Source of the DNA: an uncultured Gammaproteobacteria bacterium
GTDB lineage: Bacteria; Patescibacteriota; Microgenomatia; UBA12405
DNA: 51,026 nucleotides
Direction of reading: 5' to 3'
Assembly (NCBI GenBank): GCA_964405765.1
Contig: CAYOPC010000002.1
Location: 1-51,026 of the forward strand
How positions within the stretch are numbered: position 1 is the stretch's first letter; every line of letters begins with the position of its first letter. The position numbers and the translations under genes were made by a program. The notes beneath the pieces are model-generated. The model was not told where the DNA came from and searched no databases. It worked only from the letters and a program-made list of their open reading frames with translations. This document shows, one piece after another, positions 43,960 through 51,026 of this stretch.

Positions 43960-44333
43960 AAAAAATACTTCGTTTTCTTCCAGCTATCATTTGGATGGGG
44001 ATTATTTTTTATTTTTCTTCCCGCCAAACTACTGGCATCGGTGGAACTTCATATTTACACCGATTTTTAATTCTAAAAACCTTTCATTTAATTGAATATG
44101 CCATTCTTTTTATCTTAATTTCATTTGCTCTAAACTCCGATTTTTATTCTTTAATAGTCTCTTATCTCTACGGCGCGACTGATGAAATTCATCAGTCTTT
44201 TACTCCGGGAAGAACGCCAAAATTTACTGACACCCTCATTGATCTTCTGGGAATTTTAATTGGATTTTTAATCTACCGATTTTTCCTCTTACCGCTTTTC
44301 CAAAAATACTTTCACAAAAGAAACTCTAATTAA
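43956..44333 (+). CDS. VanZ-like membrane protein
   Basis: 125 aa, four TM segments, GATDEIHQSFTPGRT motif. The GTG start overlaps the previous stop. Confidence 0.7.
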   Translation: MKKILRFLPAIIWMGIIFYFSSRQTTGIGGTSYLHRFLILKTFHLIEYAILFILISFALNSDFYSLIVSYLYGATDEIHQSFTPGRTPKFTDTLIDLLGILIGFLIYRFFLLPLFQKYFHKRNSN

Positions 44334-44348
44334 TTTATACTCTTAAGT

Positions 44349-45245
44349 GTGAAACGTAATTGGTCATATTTTTTTCTACCCAAAAAAGAAAACAATTTTC
44401 GTGCCAGTATTCTCAAAAATGGTTTTTTAGTTTTACTCATTGCTGTCTACCTTCTTAATCAAGCTTTTATTAAATACTTAAGTTTAGTTAAGCCAGGAGT
44501 TTTAGGTTATTCCTCCGAAATCACCACTCAAAAAGTTTTTGACCAAACCAATAAACAGAGAATCGACTTAGGTTTAGAACCTCTTAAATATAATTCTCTT
44601 TTATCACAATCAGCCGCCAAGAAAGCCGAGGATATGTTTGCCAATAATTATTGGGCTCACAATTCTCCTAAAGGTAATACTCCTTGGGACTTTTTTAAAT
44701 TAGTCGGTTACCAATATTCCCTTGCTGGCGAAAATCTGGCTCGTGACTTTTATGACACCGAATCACTAATGAAAGCCTGGATGAATTCTCCTACACACAA
44801 AGCTAATATTATAAATTCTAAATACCAGGAAATTGGTGTTGGTGTAGTTAATGGTACTTTAGGTGGAATTAAAACTACTTTGGTAGTTCAACATTTCGGC
44901 ACTCCGATTGCCGCCATTGCTGAAACCCAAAAAACTGAAACTCAAAAATCCACCACTTCCAAAGATATTGTTGTCAACAGCAACCAAAACATCGATACTA
45001 TTGTTGAGTCTTCCCAAAATCAAGTTTTAGCTCAAAATCAGCAAAATTATATCAATCCCTTAGTTCTTAATAAAATCTTTGGTCTGATTATTTTTAGCTT
45101 TATTATTATTACCTTATTTGTTGACGGTTATGTCACTCTAAAAAATAATGTTCATCGTATGACCGGTTCTACCATTGGTCACATTGGTTTTTTATTTGTG
45201 ATTCTTTTATTTATTCTTTATCAACAACAGGGGGTAATTTTTTAA
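44349..45245 (+). CDS. CAP/SCP (YkwD-like) domain protein with N- and C-terminal TM segments
   Basis: 298 aa, GTG start; NNYWAHNSPKGNTPWDF...GENLARDF...HKANIINSKYQEIGVG. Confidence 0.65.
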   Translation: MKRNWSYFFLPKKENNFRASILKNGFLVLLIAVYLLNQAFIKYLSLVKPGVLGYSSEITTQKVFDQTNKQRIDLGLEPLKYNSLLSQSAAKKAEDMFANNYWAHNSPKGNTPWDFFKLVGYQYSLAGENLARDFYDTESLMKAWMNSPTHKANIINSKYQEIGVGVVNGTLGGIKTTLVVQHFGTPIAAIAETQKTETQKSTTSKDIVVNSNQNIDTIVESSQNQVLAQNQQNYINPLVLNKIFGLIIFSFIIITLFVDGYVTLKNNVHRMTGSTIGHIGFLFVILLFILYQQQGVIF

Positions 45246-45246
45246 C

Positions 45247-45510
45247 ATGATTATTCCAAAAGAAGTCCGCCAAAAACCATTCGAGTACATTATTCTAGGA
45301 ATAATTTTCATCATTGGTTTAATGTTTTATTTTTTTGGTCCATTCAACTCTCATGGTAAGCGGCTTATTGTTTACCTTATGGCCGCTAATTATTTTTTTT
45401 GGAGTCTTCTTCATCATTATCGTCGGGGCGATCTTAGTCTTCAAATTATTGTTGAATATTTAGTTATAGCTCTCTTTGGTATCACCTTGCTTACTTTATC
45501 GTTTTTCTGA
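45247..45510 (+). CDS. Small hypothetical membrane protein
   Basis: 87 aa with three hydrophobic helices. Its 3' end overlaps the trmD 3' end by 20 nt (convergent). Confidence 0.4.
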   Translation: MIIPKEVRQKPFEYIILGIIFIIGLMFYFFGPFNSHGKRLIVYLMAANYFFWSLLHHYRRGDLSLQIIVEYLVIALFGITLLTLSFF

Positions 45511-46207
45511 CCTGTTCCGTCTGCCATTCCTTTATTTTTTTAGGATCTCCGGACAATAAAACCTCCGGTACTGTCTTTCCCATAAAATCTCTTGGTCTGG
45601 TATATTGAGGATATTCAACTGTTCTTATTTTTTGACCATCAATTTCCACCCATGACCAGCTTTCCGCTTTACTTGATTCATCTTTTCCTAAAACACCGGG
45701 AATAAGTCTGCTGACAGAATCAATTACTACCATCGCTGCTAATTCACCCCCGGTTAATACATAATCACCAATCGATATTTCCTCGTCTATCATATAATCA
45801 CTGATTCTTTGATCAAACCCTTCATAATGACCAGCCAATAAAACTATATGATCTAATTTTGACAATTCTTCCGCCTTTGCCTGATCAAACTTTTTTCCTC
45901 TCGCCGACATCATAATTATCCTGGTTTTATTTTCTTTTTGTCTTTTTTCTTTGCCTTCATTAGACATTAGAAATTCGACATTAGAAATTTGTTTCAGTGC
46001 CTTGTAAACCGGCTCTACTCTAATCAGCATTCCTACATCACCTCCAAACGGTTTATCGTCTACTGAACCGTAATCGTCAATTGCCCAATCTCGTAAATTA
46101 TGTATTTTTATATCCACTAAACCCTTCTTAATTGCCCTTTTAATAATGCTTTCTTCAAAAGGGGATTCAAACATTTTAGGAAATAAGGTTAAAACATCTA
46201 TCTTCAC
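45491..46207 (-). CDS. trmD: tRNA (guanine37-N1)-methyltransferase TrmD
   Basis: 238 aa; MKIDVLTLFPKMFESP..., GHYEGFDQR, LTGGELAAMVVIDSVSRLIPGVLG. Its target G37 is present in the tRNA-Pro of this window. Confidence 0.92.
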   Translation of the reverse strand: MKIDVLTLFPKMFESPFEESIIKRAIKKGLVDIKIHNLRDWAIDDYGSVDDKPFGGDVGMLIRVEPVYKALKQISNVEFLMSNEGKEKRQKENKTRIIMMSARGKKFDQAKAEELSKLDHIVLLAGHYEGFDQRISDYMIDEEISIGDYVLTGGELAAMVVIDSVSRLIPGVLGKDESSKAESWSWVEIDGQKIRTVEYPQYTRPRDFMGKTVPEVLLSGDPKKIKEWQTEQVRKTIK

Positions 46208-46245
46208 AGGCCTATTTTATCATTTTTAGGCTATACTCTTTTTAT

Positions 46246-47469
46246 ATGACCACAACTAAAACTTCCAAGCCCGTTGCTGTTATCGTTATTCCTACCTACA
46301 ACGAAGCCGATAATATCGGTCGCATGATTGAATATCTTAATACTAAGACTTTTGTTGATATCAAGAATTTAAACCATAACTTAACCCAAAATTGGCAAAT
46401 GAAAATTTTAGTCGTCGATGGAAATTCCCCTGATGGTACTGGAAAAATTGTTGAAAAAGAAGCCAAAAAATATAATAACACTTTTCTTTATACCGAAACC
46501 AGTAAGGACGGCATTGGTGCTGCTTATCTCAAAGGGTTTAAATATGCCATAGAACAACTCAAAGCTGATTTTGTTTTTGAATTTGATGGCGACTTTCAGC
46601 ACCCACCCGAAACTATTCCGGTCATGTTAAAAGCTATGGAAGATGGCTTTGACTATGTCATTGGTTCTCGCAAAATCCCTGGTGGCTCTAATCCCAAAGG
46701 TTGGGGTTTCAAACGGGTTTTCTTTTCCGAAGTCGGTGGTTTTACCGCCCGTTTTATTATGTTTTTTCCTTTCAAAAATTTCTTCAAAGTTACCGATCCT
46801 ACTACTGGCCTTAAAATTACTCGGGTTAAAGGCTTTGTCGATAAAATGGACATGAACTATAATCGTCTTCTTACCCGTAGTTTCGGTTACAAACTCCAAC
46901 TTCTTTTTGAAACTCTCAAAATGGGGGCTAAGTTCAAAGAAATCCCTCTTCAATTCCACGTTCGTAATGCCGGTGAATCAAAAATTGAATCCAAAACCGC
47001 CAAAGATATTTTCCGGGTGGCTTTTTTGCTTCGTTGGCAAGATGATTTTACCCAAAAGTTCCTCAAATTTGGCACTGTCGGTGGTGTTGGTTTTGTTATT
47101 AATACTCTTGGTGCTAAATTATTCAAATCAGCCCTAATTAATCCAGAATCCAATATCAGTCTCTTAAATGGTATCTGTAATGCTATGGCTGCTGAAATTT
47201 CCATTATTTCCAATTTTATTTTTAATAATATTTGGACTTTTTCTCAAGAAAAAATTACCGATAGAAGTAAATTAATTTCTAAATTCCTTACCTTTAATCT
47301 TTCCTCTGTCGTTAGTGGTATTCTAATTCCCTCTGCTGTTATTGCCCTCCTTACAGCCTTATTTGGTGATCACCTCTTCCTTTACCAAATCATCGCTATT
47401 TTTGGTTTAACCATCCCCTTAAATTGGATTATCTACAACAATGTCATTTGGAAAAATAAGAAAAAATAA
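46246..47469 (+). CDS. Family 2 glycosyltransferase (polyprenyl-phosphate sugar synthase-like) fused to a GtrA-like membrane domain
   Basis: 407 aa; VIVIPTYNEADNI, VVDGNSPDGT, and a C-terminal four-TM GtrA-like region. Confidence 0.8.
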   Translation: MTTTKTSKPVAVIVIPTYNEADNIGRMIEYLNTKTFVDIKNLNHNLTQNWQMKILVVDGNSPDGTGKIVEKEAKKYNNTFLYTETSKDGIGAAYLKGFKYAIEQLKADFVFEFDGDFQHPPETIPVMLKAMEDGFDYVIGSRKIPGGSNPKGWGFKRVFFSEVGGFTARFIMFFPFKNFFKVTDPTTGLKITRVKGFVDKMDMNYNRLLTRSFGYKLQLLFETLKMGAKFKEIPLQFHVRNAGESKIESKTAKDIFRVAFLLRWQDDFTQKFLKFGTVGGVGFVINTLGAKLFKSALINPESNISLLNGICNAMAAEISIISNFIFNNIWTFSQEKITDRSKLISKFLTFNLSSVVSGILIPSAVIALLTALFGDHLFLYQIIAIFGLTIPLNWIIYNNVIWKNKKK

Positions 47470-47553
47470 CTTTAGATATAGTAAAATATAGTGTCAATCA
47501 ATTATTAATAGTTCTTAAATTATTAATTAGTAACTATTAATTATTAATTAATT

Positions 47554-48276
47554 ATGAAAGGTATCGTTCTCGCCGGTGGCCGTGCCACTCGTCTTCGTCC
47601 ATTAACTGCCATTACTTCCAAACAATTACTGCCTGTCTACGACAAACCCATGATCTTTTATCCTATTGAGACTTTAATCAAAGCCGGGATTGAAGATATT
47701 TTAATTATCATTGCTCCGGATTATTCTGGTCATTTTTTGAATCTTTTGGGTGATGGTAAAGAGTTTGGGGCTCATTTTAGTTATACTGTCCAAAAAGAAC
47801 CCCGTGGTTTAGCCGATGCTTTCATCATTGGTGCCGATTTTATTGGTAATGATAATGTCACCATGATTCTGGGCGATAATATTTTTGAACAGGATTTTTC
47901 TGCAGAAATCAAAAACTTTAAATCTGGTGGTATGGTTTTTGCTAAACAGGTTAGTGACCCCCAGCGTTTTGGTGTGGTTGAATTTGACCAAAACATGAAA
48001 GCTATCTCTATTGAAGAAAAACCGCTTCAGCCAAAAAGTAATTACGCTGTTGTTGGTCTTTATACTTACGATAATCAAGTCGTTAATATTGCCAAAAATC
48101 TCAAACCTTCTGACCGTGGCGAAATTGAAATTACCGATATTAACCGAACTTACTTGGAAAAAGGCGAATTACAGGTAAATATTTTTGATTCCCTTTGGGA
48201 AGATGCCGGTACCTTCGATAGTTTGCTCCATGTCAGCAATATCATGGCCCAAAAAGCCAAACAGTCTCAGGGCTAG
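47554..48276 (+). CDS. rmlA: Glucose-1-phosphate thymidylyltransferase-like sugar nucleotidyltransferase (short form)
   Basis: 240 aa; [37 protein letters not shown]. Confidence 0.85.
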   Translation: MKGIVLAGGRATRLRPLTAITSKQLLPVYDKPMIFYPIETLIKAGIEDILIIIAPDYSGHFLNLLGDGKEFGAHFSYTVQKEPRGLADAFIIGADFIGNDNVTMILGDNIFEQDFSAEIKNFKSGGMVFAKQVSDPQRFGVVEFDQNMKAISIEEKPLQPKSNYAVVGLYTYDNQVVNIAKNLKPSDRGEIEITDINRTYLEKGELQVNIFDSLWEDAGTFDSLLHVSNIMAQKAKQSQG

Positions 48277-48285
48277 TGAAATTGT

Positions 48286-49107
48286 ATGAATTTTTCCCAA
48301 AATTTCATCAAATCGCCCCAACTGGTCTCTCAACTTCTTCAATATAGCCATTTAAATCCCGGTGATACGGTAGTTGAAATTGGTCCGGGCCAAGGGATTA
48401 TCACTCAAAAATTATTAGACATTGGTTGTCAGGTTATTGCTGTCGAAAAAGACCGTCGCTTAATTAGTGAACTCCAAACCCAATTTTCTGATTATAAAAA
48501 TTTTAAACTAACCAACAGCGATTTTCTTTTTTGGTCACTACCAAAATCTCCCTACAAAATATTTTCCAACATTCCCTTTTCTATCACCGCTCTGATTATT
48601 AATAAAATTCTCAAATCAAACAATAAACCGACAGAGATGTATCTCATCTTGCAGCAAGAAGCCGCTGAAAAATTTTGCTTATTTGACGATATTAATAATC
48701 AGGATGCCATTTTAGTTGCTCCGTTTTATCAGGTTGAAATTTTAGGCGATATCGATCGCACCGCTTTTACTCCCAAACCTCAAGTAAATATTGTTTTCAC
48801 TAAATTTAGTTTGTTAAAAAATCCCTTATTGGAATTACAAAATTACCAGAAATTTCGGGATTTTATTATTTTCGGTTTTAATCAATGGAAACCCAATATT
48901 TTTGAAATTTACAAAAAAATATTTTCCTACGATCAATTTAAAAAAATAAATCATCAGCTGAAAGTGAGTTCACTCAAACCAACTCAACTAAATTTTAACC
49001 AATGGTTGGGTTTATTTTCTATCTACCAAGAATTTGTCCCCAATATCAAAAAACGCCTTGTTGTTGGTTTCGAGAAAACCCATTTATCTCATGTCAAATT
49101 ACCATAA
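48286..49107 (+). CDS. rRNA adenine N6-dimethyltransferase family protein, closer to Erm than to KsgA/RsmA
   Basis: 273 aa; SQNFIKSPQLV, EIGPGQGIIT (SAM site), YKIFSNIPFSIT. The C-terminal FNQWLGLFSIY parallels ErmC FEQFLSLFNSY as I recall it. Confidence 0.75.
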   Translation: MNFSQNFIKSPQLVSQLLQYSHLNPGDTVVEIGPGQGIITQKLLDIGCQVIAVEKDRRLISELQTQFSDYKNFKLTNSDFLFWSLPKSPYKIFSNIPFSITALIINKILKSNNKPTEMYLILQQEAAEKFCLFDDINNQDAILVAPFYQVEILGDIDRTAFTPKPQVNIVFTKFSLLKNPLLELQNYQKFRDFIIFGFNQWKPNIFEIYKKIFSYDQFKKINHQLKVSSLKPTQLNFNQWLGLFSIYQEFVPNIKKRLVVGFEKTHLSHVKLP

Positions 49108-49226
49108 TAATTGTTTTCCCCATTGAATTAATCTGTAGCTCGATATACACTCCAAGTATTATAGAAAAATATATATAGAAGCATATAGCGTTTTTATATA
49201 AATTTTCCCTGTACCTGAACAATATA

Positions 49227-49821
49227 GGAAAGAGGTGAAAAAGTTTTGTTCTGTAACCCTCGCGTCCGATCGCGCTACTATCACTACATAGCCGAAACGA
49301 CCTGAGAGAGGAGGCAAGCCGTTGCACTAACATACGCACACCGACACAACGTCTTTTCGAGTGGAGAAGAACCCCCTTAGTATATTCGAATCTCAGCAAT
49401 AGAAGTGCTCCCTTAGTGGAGAAGATCTTCTGATGATGCATCAGGAAGGTTTCGAATAAGCTATCTGGGTATTCACCATTCATGTTTAGAGGTCAAGCGA
49501 TCAATGGATGCTTGAAAGGGGCTAAGAACCCTGATAGTCTGTCATCAAGACAGCAGAAAGTTTGGTGGTCCATTGGACTAGTTAATCTGGTCGCGCACAC
49601 GGCAGCCGCCTGAGGTGAAATGCACTTAGCCTTAAGGCGACTATGGTAATCCATCCTGGATCACTCATCCGCCGGGCCGATTGCCTCTGGTTGGTAACCC
49701 AAAACTGAATAGTTCTCGCGTCATTTTGACCCAACCATTGGGCCAAGGAAAAGCTTCGCGCGCGTCTCGTCGCCCGCAAGCCACTCCACGGTGTCATCAG
49801 TAACCTTCACTCTTTCTTTCC
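49227..49821 (+). ncRNA. Candidate large structured RNA of unknown class
   Basis: A G+C-enriched island with no credible ORF and many short hairpins. A closing helix joins 49227-49239 to 49806-49821. Several G.U pairs are valid only on the plus strand. Strand and ends are tentative. Confidence 0.5.
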
Positions 49822-49833
49822 CGACTTACTCTA

Positions 49834-49888
49834 GCCTGAGGCTCTGTATTATTGACTCGCAAAGTGCGAACAACAATACATCCTCAGG
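49834..49888 (+). terminator. Long imperfect hairpin followed by a T-run, between the candidate RNA and the convergent gene
   Basis: CCTGAGG...GTATTATTG...TCGCA-AAG-TGCGA...CAACAATAC...CCTCAGG, then GTTTTCC. It could terminate both convergent transcripts. Confidence 0.5.
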
Positions 49889-49896
49889 TTTTCCAT

Positions 49897-50418
49897 TTAA
49901 ATTTCCTTAAACGTTTCAATTATTTCATCTACCTTTGGATCGTAATTTGTATTTACCAAAGTAATATAAACATTTCCAATTTTCTTTACTGTCACATTTT
50001 TATAAGTGCTGTCGTATTTCTTTTGATATTCCGCCTCATTTGTCCAAGCTTCTATTGCCAAATCGTAAGATTGACCCCCACCATATATCAGCGCCACCGC
50101 TTTTTCCCAGCCATACATATTTTCTTTATCGGTTAATACTTTATATTTTGCCGGATAAGAAATTTCAAAACCATATTGTTTATTAGTATAAGTTTGCCAT
50201 CCGTTCGGTAAGCTTGATGTTGGTTTTACTGTTGGTGTTATTGTTTCAGTTGGCAACGTAGTCCCTGAAAGAGTGTCTGCTACAACCTTTGGTGACTCTG
50301 TAATAGATACAGCTCCGGGTTTTTCTTTTCCTTTTTGAGTTCCGTAATAATAAGCAAATCCCGCACTCACTCCGATTAATAAAACGATTAAAACAATCTC
50401 CATTAAATTCTTTTTCAT
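49897..50418 (-). CDS. Hypothetical membrane-anchored extracytoplasmic protein
   Basis: Start moved to ATG 50418 (MKKNLMEIVLIVLLIG...), which removes the overlap with the NUDIX gene. One TM, a Thr/Pro linker, then a globular domain with no recognised family. Confidence 0.5.
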   Translation of the reverse strand: MKKNLMEIVLIVLLIGVSAGFAYYYGTQKGKEKPGAVSITESPKVVADTLSGTTLPTETITPTVKPTSSLPNGWQTYTNKQYGFEISYPAKYKVLTDKENMYGWEKAVALIYGGGQSYDLAIEAWTNEAEYQKKYDSTYKNVTVKKIGNVYITLVNTNYDPKVDEIIETFKEI

Positions 50419-50434
50419 AATTAACAAAATTATA

Positions 50435-50878
50435 CTAGCTATTCCAACCGCTTTCAAAAAACGGTATTTTATCTTGATATTTTTGCCATGCCTCTTTTAT
50501 ATAAGGCAATAAATTTCCTGGCAGATTATCCACATCAAACCATCTTAAATCATCACATTTGTCTGTTTCTCCAATAGTTATTTCTCCTATCCATTTTTCA
50601 CACACAAAGAACAAATCCACATATTCCTGATCTGATGATTTTCGATGAATTACTACTGCCGGAATTAAATCTTCTTTTTTAACTACAATTTTTGCCTCCT
50701 CCATTGCCTCCCTAACCATTGCTTGGGTTACTGTTTCGTTACCATCCAAATGTCCCGCAACTAAACTATATTTTCCATCCATCCAACCAGTATTAAACCT
50801 TCTAGATAATAAAATTTGATTATCTTTTTTCAAAAATAAATAAACCGCCGATCTTAATTTAAATCGTTCTTCTTCCAT
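50435..50878 (-). CDS. NUDIX hydrolase
   Basis: 147 aa; NUDIX box GHLDGNETVTQAMVREAMEEAKI. Confidence 0.85.
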   Translation of the reverse strand: MEEERFKLRSAVYLFLKKDNQILLSRRFNTGWMDGKYSLVAGHLDGNETVTQAMVREAMEEAKIVVKKEDLIPAVVIHRKSSDQEYVDLFFVCEKWIGEITIGETDKCDDLRWFDVDNLPGNLLPYIKEAWQKYQDKIPFFESGWNS

Positions 50879-50973
50879 AGATAATTTTAATAAATCTTTT
50901 TGTTAAGAGTTTACCAAAAAGTTCGAACCGCATTCTCGCCGCGCCTCCACCGGCGGTACGGGGCGACAAACTG

Positions 50974-51026
50974 TTACCCCACATGGATTCGAACCACAAT
51001 TACTACGTTCAGAGCGTAGTGTCCTA
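50974..51026 (-). tRNA. tRNA, 3' two-thirds only (anticodon CUG, Gln by the standard code); 5' part lies beyond the window
   Basis: The minus strand reads ...CTACG-CTCTGAA-CGTAG (U33, CUG, A37), T arm TGTGG-TTCGAAT-CCATG, acceptor 3' strand TGGGGTA, discriminator A. CCA is not encoded. Acceptor pairing cannot be checked because the 5' strand is outside the window. Confidence 0.6.

Noticed and set aside
49227-49821. tmRNA (ssrA) as the identity of the G+C-rich block
   Set aside because: On neither strand could I find a 5' GGGG...TTCGAC acceptor/D-like start paired with a 3' T-arm plus ...CCACCA-type end. I also found no short tag frame ending in hydrophobic residues with a double stop. At about 600 nt it is also long for tmRNA.
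49227-49821. Group II intron, rRNA fragment or SRP RNA as the identity of the block
   Set aside because: There is no domain V-like 34-nt hairpin with an AGC triad. GTGCG occurrences have no matching 3' features. There is no extended match to the 16S or 23S sequences I can recall. There is no GGAA-capped helix-8 motif.
49094-50136. Track ORFs 49094-49483 (minus), 49582-49797 (minus) and 49852-50136 (plus)
   Set aside because: No domain-like sequence. The first two sit in the structured G+C-rich block. The third is antisense to the better-supported 49897-50418 gene.
1-51026. Alternative genetic code (UGA or UAG reassignment, as in some CPR lineages)
   Set aside because: All conserved genes read through intact under the standard code and end at TAA, TAG or TGA at the expected lengths. 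The two in-frame TAGs at 35.4-35.5 kb are isolated in a probably decayed region.

Overview
AT-rich bacterial chromosome segment with no rRNA, transposase, integrase or CRISPR array. Gene content and layout resemble a reduced Candidate Phyla Radiation / Patescibacteria-type genome. Bases 1-16076 are one co-linear tuf / S10 / spc / alpha / rplM-rpsI supercluster: 29 ribosomal-protein genes (including rpmJ, which the ORF track misses) plus secY, adk, infA and rpoA. It has no rpmD (L30) and no map. The rest is mostly housekeeping: uppP, ppa, tRNA-Pro(GGG), recA-recX, rny, hup, ychF, miaA, an AI-2E permease, RNase P RNA (minus strand, hidden under a spurious ORF), secDF, cca, an RRM protein, recJ, aspS, a PBP5-type carboxypeptidase, gltX, envelope and glycosylation genes, trmD, rmlA-like, an Erm-like methyltransferase, a NUDIX hydrolase and a partial tRNA(CUG). 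Signals not explained by the gene list: (1) a roughly 600-nt G+C-enriched, ORF-free, hairpin-dense block at 49.23-49.89 kb that looks like a large structured RNA of a class I cannot name. (2) A family of 38-52 nt G+C-rich elements (hairpin plus G-runs, formally G-quadruplex capable): two copies in frame inside miaA, one in frame inside cca on the opposite coding strand, one intergenic. (3) An unannotated minus-strand pair of small ORFs next to rnpB, one encoding a 58-aa basic protein that resembles a cysteine-less zinc-ribbon family. (4) A 14-nt duplication of the tRNA-Pro 5' end flanking a hairpin cluster. (5) A relic copy of the last nine rpsI codons that differs only by synonymous changes. 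(6) Intergenic spacers built from G-free heptamer repeats, with start codons largely lacking Shine-Dalgarno motifs. All family assignments come from reading the translations by eye; no database search was run.
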